The notes below the pieces were generated by a model that did no database searches, was not told the DNA's origin, and saw only the letters and a list, made by a program, of their open reading frames with translations. This document shows, in pieces, positions 12,617 to 25,175 of a stretch of DNA of 60,000 bases. Position numbers and translations under genes: made by a program. Positions within the stretch are counted from its first letter, which is position 1; every line of letters starts with the position of its first letter. This DNA is from Camelus dromedarius (Eukaryota), in contig NC_087437.1 of the NCBI RefSeq assembly GCF_036321535.1, positions 55,306,001 to 55,366,000 of the forward strand, given 5' to 3'.

Positions 12617-13990
12617 TTTATTTATTCATCAGATATTTGTTGAGTGCCTACTGTGTGTTAGGTATTCTAGGTGCTCATATTTCAGCTGTGAGCCAACGGG
12701 CAAAAATCCCTGCCCTCGTGCAGGGTGCATTTCTCTGTGTCTGTGTGTCTGTGGGGAGGGGAAAGAGGCAGAAAATAGCAGATAGGTAAATCCTGTAGTA
12801 TAAATCAAGATAAGTACTAAATAAAGAAAAATACTAGAAAGATAAATACTAGAAAGAATACTAGATAAATACTAGAAAGAAAAATGAATCAGGGAAGGAG
12901 AGGAGGGAAGTGACTGTATCATGAAGATCTTGCAATTTTCAGCTGGGCAATCAAGCTAGGTCTTGCTAAGACAGTGACATTTCATCAAAGACCTGCAGGA
13001 GAGAAGAGAAGGGGCCGTGTGAGTGTCTGGAGAAGAGTGTCCCAGGCGGAGTGAACAGCAGGGGGAATCTGCTACGAGGCATGGGTGCACCTGTCACACG
13101 TAAGGACCCACATGGAGGCCAGTGTGGTTGGGGCAGAGTGAGCAAGGGAGAGAGTGGCCAAAGAGGGAGACTGGGCCAGGTCATGGGGATTTTGGAGACC
13201 ATAAAACATATGCAACAGAGGATTGACATGATCTGACTTACATTTCAAATGAATCACTCTGCTGCTGTTTCTAGAAAAAAATCATGTGTGCATGGGGAGA
13301 GCAGTGATGGTACAGAGATGGCAGAAGCAAGGAGACTGGTTAGGAGGTTACTGCAGTAAACCAGGGGAGTGACAGTGGAGGCTGAGATCGGGAGAGTAGC
13401 TGTGGAGGTGCTGAGGAAACGGATCTGGGATTTGTAGACTGAATCATGGCCCCAAACGTGTCCACGTTCTAATCCCCAGAGCCTTATGGCAAAAGGACTT
13501 TGCAGATAAGGTTAAAGATCTTTGAGGTGAGGAGGTTGTTCTGGTCATTGGGTGAGCCCAGTGTAGTTAATCGCAAGATTCCTTACAAGAGGAAAGCAGC
13601 GGAGTTAAGAAGAGAATAGACGATGTGAGGAGAGAAGAGGCAGAGAGAGAAGATGCTATGCTGCCAGCTTTGGTGCTAGAGGAATGGACCATGGGGCCAG
13701 GAATGGAGCTGGCTTCTAGAAGCTTCTTTGAAAAGCCAAAAAAGAGGTATTCCCCCTCAAGCTTCCAAAAGGAATGCAGCCATGCAGACTTCTGACTTCC
13801 AGCACTATAAGACAAAAGGAATTGTGTCAAGTATAAACTATATTGTGGCATTAAAGCCAGCAAGTTTACTGATGGAACTGATGCAAAATGGGAGAAAGAG
13901 AGAGTCGGGGGTAACTTCAAGAGTCAGTGACGGAGCAACTGGGAGGAGGGAGTGTCCTTGACTGTGATGGGGAAGACCTGCTCTGTGCGA
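12617..13990 (-). mobile_element. LINE-2 remnant split by the MLT1 LTR
   Basis: tttattcatcagatatttgttgagtgcctactgtgtgttaggtattctaggtgct (L2 3' end, antisense), then L2 body such as gacatgatctgacttacatttcaaatgaatcactctgctgct. Confidence 0.75.
13433..13870 (+). mobile_element. MaLR solo LTR (MLT1D-like) inserted in an L2
   Basis: gactgaatcatggccccaaa...ctaatccccaga...ggcaaaaggactttgcagat...gccaggaatggagctggcttctagaagc...aaggaatgcagcc...gacttctgacttccagcactataaga. Confidence 0.8.
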
Positions 13991-16900
13991 CAGTGAGACC
14001 AGGTCCATCTGGCCGTGCCCTTTCTCTCGTGCTATGCCAGGGAGCTGAGCCAGGATGACATTCATGGGAGATGCACCCAGCTCGGCTGGTCAGATGGGTT
14101 TCTCCGCTGCCATCACCCTTCCCTGAATTTCCCGGCAGAGTTTCACACTCTCTCTGCAGCTTCTCTCCATCAGCACTTCCTCCCGTTCTCTGATGGCAGC
14201 AGGCAGCACTGAGCTGGATGAGATTAGACACATATATTTTATTTTAAGGCACAACTGAGAAAACACTCAGGAAATAAAAGTTGTTTTGACGTAAACTGTA
14301 TTATCTGGAGGCCTGTTGATGGTCTGCTGGTGGGATTCTCAGGCTGTGGGGTAGAGTCTTTGCACAGAGCATCACTGAGACGGCCACTTACAGGCACCGC
14401 ACATCTTTGGCCATCCTCAGCCAGGGATGAGGGTCACAGGAGAGCAGTGAGGGGGGCGACAGGCCAGGGAGATGGGATGGCCAGTTCTGACTCTGGCTGT
14501 GCTACTCCCCTGCTGTCACTCTCTCATTTGCAGCCTCAGTTTTCTCATCTGTACATTGAGGATGCCGGGGCCAATGCTTTCCACAAGCCCCCTTGAACCT
14601 CGTTCTCTGGTTGGCACTGGTATCAGCTGTGTGTCTTAGAGAGAAGCTTAAACGAGCATTCAGCCAGCTCCTCTGCTGACTTGGGTCCCGAGGATCAGGC
14701 GCTGACATCCTTCTCTCATCTCCTCTTCCCTGACATCCTATTGAGTTTTATTCTGACCCTGGAGCTCGCACTTCTTAGGCTGCATTACAGGGCTTGTTTC
14801 TATTCCAACTGGTCCATGATTCACACATCCACAGGGCTGAGCAGTGAGACTCTATTCAATACAGTCCAAGGCAGATGGCCACACTTCCTTTCCAGACTGG
14901 ACATCAAATGCCAGGAACTGAGTGAGGGGCAGCCTCCTTCTGGCCTGGAGCTCCGTGAGGCAGACACGCAGGGCAGGTTCCGGCCACCTTCTGTTCTGAT
15001 TTGCCTCATGATGGCTTTTGGTGAAAGATAACAAGGAGTGGAAAAAACAAAGAAGGAAGTGATGAGTCTGTCTAGGGAGTGCGGCAGGCATCCTTCACCC
15101 TCTGGGAGGATGTTTCCATGAAAATAAAATACAAAACAAAACACTGTCCTGCAGCTTCCCGGGAGGATGGGCAGATCTGCCTTGTGCACATGCTCCCCAT
15201 CTCCCCCCCGGGCCAGGTGGACACGCTGCAGCCTGCTGGGGTTACATGACAGGAGCTCTCATAAATTCTTCCCTTCTCTCTCCTGCGTGGCTGGGGGATC
15301 TGACCTGTCTAACAGCACCAGAGACTGAGTTACTGGTGCCACGGATTGTGCAATGCGTTTTCTCCAGACTAATAAAGGCTTGAATAAATAAGCAAATGGA
15401 TTAAAAGGATATTATCTATTTACTGTGGGACCTCATTAATGTGTTATCCCTCTTCTGGCTCTCAGGGACTGTATTTATAAAACAAAGGCTCTGGCCAAAC
15501 CTTTCATAATGGAAAAGATACCGAATGTCAGCATCATCGTCACTCACCATCAGCACTGAGGAGTCCCTCGAACCAGGTCATGTAGGAAACAGTGACCAGC
15601 ATTGTTTCCCAGTTTTCAAACTCTCCTTACTGATTTTTATCACTCAGTCCCTCAGATAGCCCTTGCCAACTGGGCTTCAGTATTACTCTCTTTGAACAGC
15701 TGGGGAAACTGAGGCTGCAAGAGGTCAAGTGGAGCTAAAGCCTTTTAATACCTTCACATGGGAAGGGCAGGCACCACCTTCTTTTAACCTATTGTTCCTC
15801 CCGACACGGAGCTGGCCTGGCCTCCCTGCACTCAGCTCAGTGTGCCTCCATCACGTCAGGTTCCACCTCTTTCCCTTCTCTTCCCAGCTCTGCTGTCTTC
15901 TTTTCTCTTCTGAGGAATAATTCAAATGACTCTCGTTCTCACTGCAGAGCTTTGCCCACCTCTCTGAAGTTGTCCTCAGAAGCACAGTTTCTATCCCAGG
16001 AGCCTATCAAGGTGTTTATGTTTTTTTTTTTTTTCTTTTTGGCCTAGACAAAGGCAATTTTCTTCTGAAAAAGGATTATTGTGAAAGCTGTTAAGATAAT
16101 AAAGTTGATTGTCTCCAAAATTTTCTTCAAAGGAGCTGGCAGTTATTCCTATGATAAAATGTGCTTCACTCACACCACGTTTGCACCCTGCTGCCCGGGG
16201 TTTGTGCCAGTCTATGCCCAAAACTTTTCCCTTCAATGCTAAATCAGAGTATACTCTTTAAAAAATACTTAAAATGGTAATTAATCTGAGCAATGCACTT
16301 AAATTAAGTTTCTTTCCAGCCTTTCAAATAAAAAGATAAGAAAGGGAAGAACCAACTCTGAGAACTACAAAAGGTTTGCCAAGGAAGAGGCCGGAGGGTG
16401 GCACATCTCACCAGGTAAAGGAAGAGATGGAGACGGCGCTCAGGTAGTGGGAAGAGGAGGGGCAGAAGCAGAGAAGTGTGAACAGTGTGGTACGTCAAGT
16501 AATAGACGGGAAACGAGGGGGAAGTGAGAGATGGTTCTGGAGGAGCAGGCTGGGAAGAAGGAACGGAAGAGTTACACGCCCTGTTCTGGTAATTTCTTAG
16601 AAAGGACGGGAGGCCCAGTAGCGATGAGAGGTGGGAAGCTGTCATAGACTATAGACAGCTGCGCTAATGCAGGGCAGCAGTGTTTGCTCACGCTGACACT
16701 GCTATCTACATGTCCTTGTCACTGTCATTACCAGCAACCTGAAGCCAGCCACGAGCCCCACCAGGAGTGATCTGATTCAGTGGCTGGTGTTCTGTAACTT
16801 TCTTATGTGTTGCTCTTGGTCTTGGAAGTGCAATGTGGGATGCGAAATTAGACATAGGACATCTGTTTTTCTCAGGTACTACAAATTCATACCCATGGCC

Positions 16901-18689
16901 CTGGGATAAACTCTAATACGGTAGGTGATGCATTGATGGAATTTTTCTGCGGGGTTCATGAGTTGCAAAGATCCACAGCCATCTGTCTTGTGCTCGCTGC
17001 AAAGGAGTACAGGAGGTGCCTTCTCAGACATTGCCACACTCTGCTTTGTATCATAATAAACTCTGAAATTCAAGTTCTAAAGGAAGACCTCTGTGGTGGG
17101 TGGGTGGGCAGATGGGTGAAGGGCTCGACTGAGTGCTGAGAAGGAAGCGGGTGGAGTTGTCAGCCTGAACCAAGACGGACTGCAGACTTGATTGGGACTT
17201 ATCAATGTCTGGGCTGTAAGTTAGGACCTCTTGGCAAATGATCTATGAGTTGAATTTTTTAAAAGAAGAATGAAATTGAGTGGAAGGACCCTAGGCAGTC
17301 TGTGAGTTGATCCTGGGGATTTGATTGGGTGATTTCTTCTTCACTATAGGAAGATAAACCTACATGGGTGTGAAGGGGGACCCCCTGCCAGGTGCTTGTA
17401 TACTACTTAAGATGACCTTTGGCCAGGGGAATGCAGCAGAATTTGGTGCTCAGTAAACCCCTTCTTCGATTAGAAGCCTTGGGATCAGTCATCCATGTCG
17501 TGCTGTTGTTATTCGCTTTATTTACATTCAGGTTTTTCTCAGTGTTTGGTAAATTTCATCTTGAATACGTCAGCCTGTCTCAGTTGCGCTAAGAAAAACA
17601 AGGAGAAAAATTATGCTCACCTTGAGCTGAGAAGAAAAGAGAGGAAGTATTTCTCTCTCATCCTCCCGCCGCCTCAACCCAGGGAGATGGGGATTAGCTT
17701 GGTTGTGGCAACAGGAGTCAAAATAAAAGACCTCCAGGGGAAGGTGAAAGCTCGGAGGGAGCGCTAGGACGTGGTGGTGTCCCCTCTCTCCTCCTGCCGG
17801 GCCTGTTTCCATGTACATTTTTCTCCGGGGGACAGAACTTTAGATCACCAAATGGGAAAGTCTTATTGTGTCCTTCATATTCAAGACAATGAGTCCGGCT
17901 AGGGTGATTTTTTTTTTCCTTTTTTTTTGAGCTTCTGTATTCCTTTAATACAGCACTGATGCCTAGAATCTGTGGAGAAGAGGCAACGAGGTTTCATTAA
18001 AAGAGCATCTCTCTAGAACCGGGTTAGATTTTTGGCTTTGCACTGTGGCATGACCCTGGACCTATCACTGCATTTCAGATTCATCCCCATAATGACGTTT
18101 GTAACACCCACCTCATGGGATGGTCGGGAAAATTTAGGACCATGTGTGCAAAGTACCTATTCGTGGACCAGCACATGGAGACACATAGGAGGTGTTAGCT
18201 TTTGTTTATTTATTACAGATAACTGCAGAAGTAATCTGGTGTGTGATCCTTGTGGAGGGCAGGGTTAGGGGAAGAGGCTTGCCTCTCTCCCCTTTCTTTT
18301 GTTACAAGAAACAGTAAGCCAAGGGGAAACAGCACAGGCTTTAGGATTAGACCATCTGAGTGCCTTGGGCAAGTTAGTCACTCTTGTTTCTCCAGCCATC
18401 AACAGGAGAGCTGTTGTGAGAACTAAATGACACAAATACATTAACTGCTCAACAGAGCCCTTGTGCCCCACACTTAGTAAATAGTAAGTTCCTCCTTTTG
18501 TTTTGCTCATCTGCATCTGCCACCTCCCCTCACCAACGACTTTTTTTCAGATACATGACTGTACAAAATATTTCATTCCCTCGGTTCCAAAGCCGGGCAG
18601 TAGGTCTAAATGCAATGACTGTGCTTAGGTCTGGATCTGTTTTTTCAACTTTTATTTGTTCCATTTTGCACCATTCCTTTCCATGAAAT

Positions 18690-19420
18690 AAATGTTAATT
18701 GAGGACCTATTATATGCCAGGGATGATGGGGCTCATGGTGACTAATGTGACATTTCTTCTCTCAGAGAGCTCACAGGTTAGTCAGGGAGTGACACCGTCC
18801 AGAAATAATTATGAGACAGAGACAGTATGAGCTGGAAAAGAGATGAAAGGTTGTAAACAGTCAAAGTCGCAGCAGGGAGCATATGAGCAGTAGAAGGATG
18901 GTGGCCATGGAGGAAGCTCCATTGAGGAGGTAAGCTGGGAGTAGTCTTGGGACTGTGAAGGATTCCTTCAGCTGGAGGTGATGGAGGGGGACTCCAAGCA
19001 GAGGGAGCATACTGAGAAAAGGCATGGGTATAGAAGCATGTGAGACATATTTGGGGAGTGTTGACAGCTTCATTTGGCTGGAGTATATGAAATGTGAAGG
19101 GAAGTAATGAGGAATAATAGAGAGGCATTGTTGTTAGGCCTTTAATGACAGGGTAATAATTTTGTACTCAGTTTGATTTGCAGAGAGGAATCACTGAGAG
19201 CTTTTTTGAGCAGGACAAGAAAGGCACAGTAAGCTGTATCAGAAGTGGTGTTTACATCTGGCTCTAGCAATGGCCTGGTGATGGTATTTATCTGGGTCTC
19301 TGGTGGCTGATACAGGACAGAGAGAGTCACAGCCTTTCAAGTTCTAAGTCAAGGGGACAGTAAGGACACAGAGGTGGGAGGGCTTCAGGAATCATTTGAA
19401 AACAGATTAATCCAGGCTGC
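18690..19420 (-). mobile_element. LINE-2 remnant
   Basis: aaatgttaattgaggacctattatatgccaggg 3' end and diverged L2 body. Confidence 0.6.
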
Positions 19421-19624
19421 TATGAATATAAGATACAAGTAGGGGAATTTGGGCAGATGAACTTAAAGTAAACATGATGGGTTTCTGAAGGTTCATATAA
19501 ATGGTGCTGCTTTCCTTTTTAAAGGAGACCAGAGTGCCCGTAAGCCTATCAAAGAACCTCAATACATTTACTTTGATTAGTTTCTTTGAAGTCAGGTTTC
19601 TTGGAAGGCTCATGTATTATTAAA

Positions 19625-19924
19625 GTTTTTTTAAAATTTTTAAAAATTTACATAACACAAAATTACCATTTTAACTATCAAGTGTATTCACATATTGTAC
19701 AATCATCATCTATTTAATTCCAGAATTTCTCCATCATCCCCAAAGGCAATCCATAACTATTAAGCCCCCTCCCCACTCCCTCCAGCCCCTGGCAAACACA
19801 GATGGATGAATTGATAAACAAAATCTGATATAGCCATACAGTAGAATATTATTCAGCCCTAAAAAGAAATGAAGGACCTGTATGTGCTACACCATGGTTA
19901 ATGATCCTTGAAAACATTATGCTA
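19625..19924 (-). mobile_element. LINE-1 (L1MB-like) insertion with 5' inversion
   Basis: About 19625-19797 is an antisense L1 3' end; about 19798-19924 is sense L1 (gatgaattgataaacaaaat...gaatattattcagccctaaaaagaaatgaag...cttgaaaacattatgcta); aagttttt on both flanks. Confidence 0.7.
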
Positions 19925-20859
19925 TAGAAGTTTTTAAACTTGGGGTTTTTCCTGCAATTTTAATTTAAAAATTACCACTTGCAATCCCAATTTTTATGCT
20001 ATGCAGTGATAATTGACAGTTGAAAATATTTGCATAGGTCACAACAATTACATTTTAACTTAGTGATTTTTGAATACGTCTCTGCAAACTCATGGTAGTT
20101 TTTGATGTATTTCAGAGGTTCACGACAGTATTGTTCCTGTTTTTTTGTTTTTTTCTTGTAAAAGGAGTCCATACATTTCTCAAGTTTGAAAAACTCTGAG
20201 GGTTCTGCTAAAGATGTCTTGCCACAGGGAGGCTCTCAGAGCACCTTGTCCAAGAGCTCAGGCTCAGATGCTTTAAGGAGCAACACAAAAGCATGCAGCC
20301 AGCGGTGTGTGAGACGATGGAGAGGCAGGAACTGAGGCATCCTGAAAAGTGCATGCCTCCTCTAAAGAGGGAAGCCTTTACCAGTCCTGAATTTTTCATT
20401 GAAATCTCTCAATTATTAGATTTTTACATCTCATTCCAAAAAAAAAATTGTCAAAACACTGCAGGCAAAACAAGCAAAATCTGCAGGAGTCAATGGAAGG
20501 ACTCTGCCTGAACATACATGATGTAGTGAGATAAGTCTGGTTTTGAATTCCAGCTCCATCTTTTAGGTTCCATCATTTTGGGTATATTTTATAACCTCTC
20601 CGAGTCTCTTCCTTCAGCTGCAAAATGAGTCTAAAGACAACGTCTCCCTAATGGACTTGTCATGTAAGTATTAACTCAGTGCTGGCAGAGCACTAGGGGA
20701 GTAGGTGGTCCTACCAGCTAATTGTTGATGATGAAATTAATGGCACTGATTCTAATTGATTCTGCTTGTGGGGGATCTTGGAGTAACTTCTGGGGAGTTT
20801 GGTGAAATAGTCCTGATGGTGATATAGCATCCTTTATGTGGGGTGTGACCTAGGACAGT

Positions 20860-21065
20860 GTCTTTGAGACTTGTCACACTGAAAAGCTGTGTGATAGTGG
20901 TAACTGAGGGTTACTTAGTCTCTGTGAGCAGTTTTTCTACCTGTAAAAGGAGATGACACATAACACCTTCCCTCTTGTGTTGTTGGGGGGATTAAATGAT
21001 TAATATTAGTAGAGCGCTGACAACAGTTCCCAGCATGTAGCAAGCACTGCCTATGTATTTGTTAA
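20860..21065 (+). mobile_element. MIR SINE
   Basis: gctgtgtga...ttacttagtctctgtgagcagtttttctacctgtaaaagg...gattaaatgattaat...acagttcccagcatgtagcaagcact. Confidence 0.7.
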
Positions 21066-22982
21066 ATTGTTAGAAATAAATAGATAAAGGACACAAGTTG
21101 ATCCAACATACGATTCTTATTAATACTTTTTCCTTCCGAGTGACTACTTCTCACTAAGGCATTGATTCAATTTGATGGCACCTTGCTCTAGTTGGGATTT
21201 TAAAATAAACTGTAGAATATGCTAGCTCAAGTTATCTGTGTTGTGATTCAAGACGGAGCTGTGATCAACACTGACATTTTCAGCTACTCCGGAGACCTTT
21301 GAGAATGTCAGGCTTGTTCAGTGAGAAAAAGTTTTGTAATTTACCTTCAGTTTATGATGATTTCCTCGTTGCCTGTTCTGGTTATTTTAGTGATTTACTA
21401 GTCTTAGGCTTAGGCCAAAACATGTCTAGGAGCTAAACAAACACCTTTAATAAAATGATGAGAGTTCTGTGGGGCAATGAGTTCCAGTGAGAAAAGAAAT
21501 ACTGGATTGAAGCTAAAATACAACATATGCCTTTGGTGAAGTCACTTCTCCGTGTGTCTTAGTTTCCCAAAATGTACAATTAAAGAATTAGGCTTCTTTG
21601 TGCGTTTTTGAGGCTTCCCCCCGACTTCTTACAAGTGGAATATTATGAGTACCTCTGGTATACACCCAGGGAGCAGCAGAGGTGCGCTGACTGACTCGGG
21701 ACGGTACCCTTCACCGCCACTCTGTTGGGCTCAATCTGTGTCCTGTGGTCACCCACACCGCACTGAGGCATCTTGGAGGGCCCTAGGGCTCCCTGAAACT
21801 CATTCTGGAAACAGCTGGGTAAAAGGACACTTTAAGCTAACAGACTGTGATTCTAAAAAATAGATCTTTTTTTTCAAGTAAGGCAAACTTCTTTCTGCAT
21901 AATAATTAAGTAAACAATAAACAAATACCTCCGTAAGTAAATTTACATGGATTTTACCCAGAGTTGGTGATTTTTCTATTTAAATGGGCCCCATAGTAAA
22001 ATGAAGCACTCCTGCGTAGTATGAACGGCTCCTCGACGTCTTCTAAGTTCTGTGCTTTCCTCTTCCTCCTAAAGTGGGGCGCTCTGGACATGAAACACAG
22101 TTGTGGAGACTTAGGAGTCTCGTTGCTCTGTTCAGTTGCTACTTTTCGAGGCACTGGCATTTGTCATTCTTTTTACCTCTCTTCAAAATCGGGCACATCT
22201 GAAAGAAAAAAAAAACTTCCCTTTTATTAAGAAAAAAAAAAAGGTATCTGAAATTGCCCAAAGTGTGCTGGCACCACAGCATCCCATGAATATTTAATCG
22301 TCATCATCAAGACAGGAGGCTGGAGAGAAAAATCAGGTTGTGATATTTGGGAACAGCAGGTGTGGGAAGGAGGGTGTTGACACCCTCTGAAAACGGATAT
22401 GGCGTGTTGGGTGGCAGGTTCCCGCTGCCGTCCCCACGTCACCTGCGTGCTTTAGAAACCCTAGGGAGCGGGAGCTTGTCCTCACCGGCCCCAGGCCCTG
22501 CGCGCGGCAGAGAACCTCCCGGGACGTGGGCGGCTGGCTGAACGCCTTCCCATCGCAAAAGCCCTCAGGCTTTCTCTTCTGTGCACTTTGCAGGTGGCTC
22601 CGGTCCCTGCCCCATGCACTTTTCCCCCTTGTTATCGTTGCTAAATGAGTACCTCTCTCTCGTGTAAAATAAGGCAGTGAGAGAACAGGTGTCCAGCTAT
22701 CAGAACCTGCGATGGACAATGTTGGAACTGTTCATCTGGGAACTCTTGTATCCTACGGTCAGGAGCAGGACAGAGATAAAGGGCTGGGGATGCCTGTGTA
22801 CACGCTACTTGTCTTCTAGCTTTACCACACACTCCTCTCTGCCTGCCGTCCAGCTGCATGTGTTCCACCCCCGCTTCCTTGCAGCTGGGGCTGATTTCAG
22901 CCTCCAGGCTCCTGCCCCTGGGTTTTCCGCAGCCTGCTCCACTTTGGAGTTTTCTGACGGTCGATTGAGAATGTGTAATACA

Positions 22983-23155
22983 CCAAGTCTCAAACTTTTA
23001 TGTGCATAACAGCTAGCTGGCAGGACTTCTGCACCTGGAGATTCCTGGACCCACCCCCTAGGGGTTCTCATCTAGTAAAAATCAAGGATGGGGCCTGAGA
23101 ACATGCATTTTTAAAGAAAAGTTCTCAGGCAGGTGGTGCAGAGACCGCCCTCACA
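22983..23155. mobile_element. MER5-like hAT-Charlie MITE
   Basis: tctcaaacttt...gattcctggacccacccc...ggatggggcctgagaacatgcatttttaa...ttctcagg. Confidence 0.6.
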
Positions 23156-23309
23156 TCAGATGTTATCCTCAGGCTTATCTTTCCTGGACCCTGTGCTAAA
23201 GGATGCCCTGGGGTGAAGGTCTGGCCTGGGACTGCAGTCACAAAGCCCACAGTGGGGGACTAGCTTTGGTTACTGATGTGCAAAGTCCCTCATGTTGTGG
23301 GAGTGTGGC

Positions 23310-24816
23310 TGAGTCAGGGACTAAGATGGACAGAAGGAACACGCCCTTCTTTTCCACCTGGGATCTGTGGAGGCTATTTGAGGCTGTCTGTTTGCAGTCT
23401 GGTCACAGCTCTCAGGAACTCACCAAATGTCAAGATAAATGAAACACAGTGCATTACAAAGATGAAAATTAAGAACAAACTTCTTGGCCTTGTGTTCAAG
23501 TCCCTCAGTAACATGGCCTTGGCCTCAGAGTCCACTGTTCTGTTCATTTGTCACATAACAGAGCAGAATGACAGTTCAAGAGACTGAGCTTGCAGGATTG
23601 GGGGTCGGGGTCAGCTCCAGCTGAGTCACTCAGGAGTGGGAGCCGCGTTGCTCAGGGCCCCTCCTTGGTCACCTGAGCCCCACCCACCCTGACGTGCTCT
23701 ATCACCTCAGGGTTGTGTTCTTCTCTCTTTGGCATCAGAAGAATTCTATAGAAGTTTCTTCTCTGGGTCACTCCCTATAGTCAGAAGTCCACTTTTTGAA
23801 TTGAATTTTTTTTGCTGCTTTCATTATTTTGCCATGCCAACTTAGGTTCTAGAATGTTCTAGAATGTGCTCCTTTTTTAAAAGAAATTTTTGTATTTTAC
23901 TTTTTTTTGTTAATGGAGTTACTGGGGATTGAACCCAGGACCTCATGCATGCTAAGCATGTGCTCTACCACTGAGGCTCTATTCCTCCCCTCTAGAATGT
24001 GCTCTTACCCTGGAAATCAGTCTTTTAATCACGACACTGATATGGAGGTGATAAGACTTGATACTTAGAAGCACAGGATGCCAGCCCTGGAAGGGACTTC
24101 ACTTTGAGTGTGTCCCATAATCTTCATATTGTTGACCAGGAAGCCAAAAGCCAGAGAGAGAAATTTTCCCAGGGACAGCCTTGCCTAGGAACACCCAGAG
24201 AGGTAGTGAACTCGGACTCTGAAGCAACTGCCTTTCATCTGACTAGCGTCCTTCCTTGGAGTCTCAGGGTGGCCAAAGCTTGTCTTATTTGCACTGTATT
24301 TTATCACACACTGTTTATTTACATGCTTACATTTTGTCGAGGTGCGCCTCCTCCTTTGATTTCCTTCCTGCTGAGATGCATGAAATGACTCAGACTATTA
24401 GAAAAACTTGGGAGAGGAGAAAAGAGCCACTGGTAATAATTTCGTCTTGCTGCCCTAAATATATAGAAAGGGGAAGGAATCCAAAAGAGAACTGATGCTG
24501 AGAGCAGCCTGGCAAACCGGCTCACGGGGTGAGCTTGGGTCAGTCCCTTCTCTCATCTGGAGCATGTGTGTTTGTTTCGCTGATGAAGGAAGGGGTTTGT
24601 GATGGCTGCCTGGGCTCTGCTCTAAGACCCTGTCCAGCTCTGCCATGTTGGGCGGTGTCTGGGTGGTTTCCCCATCTGCTCTGGGACAGCCCACATTTCC
24701 TCCTGCGCCCTGGGAGCAGGGAGGAGCCCAGGGCTTAGCAGGAATGGTGAGTCACACCCTGGCGTGAGTCAGACCCCCAACCCTCCCAAGTCGGAGAAGG
24801 TTGAGAGGGGTGGGGC
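23310..24816. promoter_or_regulatory. AP-1/KLF/TEAD motif cluster, candidate enhancer
   Basis: Five TGA(C/G)TCA sites starting at 23310, 23622, 24386, 24748 and 24765; GGAATG at 24741; CACACCC at 24753; GGGGTGGGGC at 24807. Confidence 0.5.
23872..23990 (-). mobile_element. tRNA-derived SINE (Vic-1-like, camelid)
   Basis: Minus strand reads GGGGAGGAATAGAGCCTCAGTGGTAGAGCACATGCTTAGCATGCATGAGGTCCTGGGTTCAATCCCCAGT (A and B boxes) followed by an A-rich tail. Perfect 14-bp TSD tctagaatgtgctc at 23858-23871 and 23991-24004. Confidence 0.9.
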
Positions 24817-25003
24817 CTGTGGCAAGTTTCATGTCCTCCCACCTTGTCCTTTCTTTGGTTTTATATTACAAGGAGGGAGTTCCATGGCAAGGCTCTGCGT
24901 TGGGGCACTGTCGTTCATGGCTGGCAAGCTGCACCATTATTTCCCTCTTCCTAAGGCGTCTTAGTTTCATTATTTTGAGGGAGTTGGGGTGGAAGCCGAG
25001 GGG

Positions 25004-25175
25004 CAGGACTAGCTGCAGAATTTGTGGCCCCAGTGCAAAGTGAAAATGCAGTCCCCTTGTTCAAAAATTACGAATAATTTCAAGATGGTGACAGCAGAAC
25101 AAAACCAAGCATGGGATCCACACATCTGCTGGTCCCTTGCAACTACTCAGACTGCAGGCCCATGAGGCTGCCCTG
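25004..25175 (-). mobile_element. MER45A-like hAT-Tip100 MITE
   Basis: caggactagctgcagaatttgtggccccagtgcaaagtgaaaatgcagtccccttgttcaaaaatta...aatttcaagatggtgacagcaga...cccatgaggctgccctg, with CAGG...CCTG termini. Confidence 0.8.

Noticed and set aside
23872..23990. tRNA-Ala-like gene (also 39075-39232)
   Set aside because: A-rich tails, TSDs and degenerate stems show these are SINEs rather than tRNA genes.
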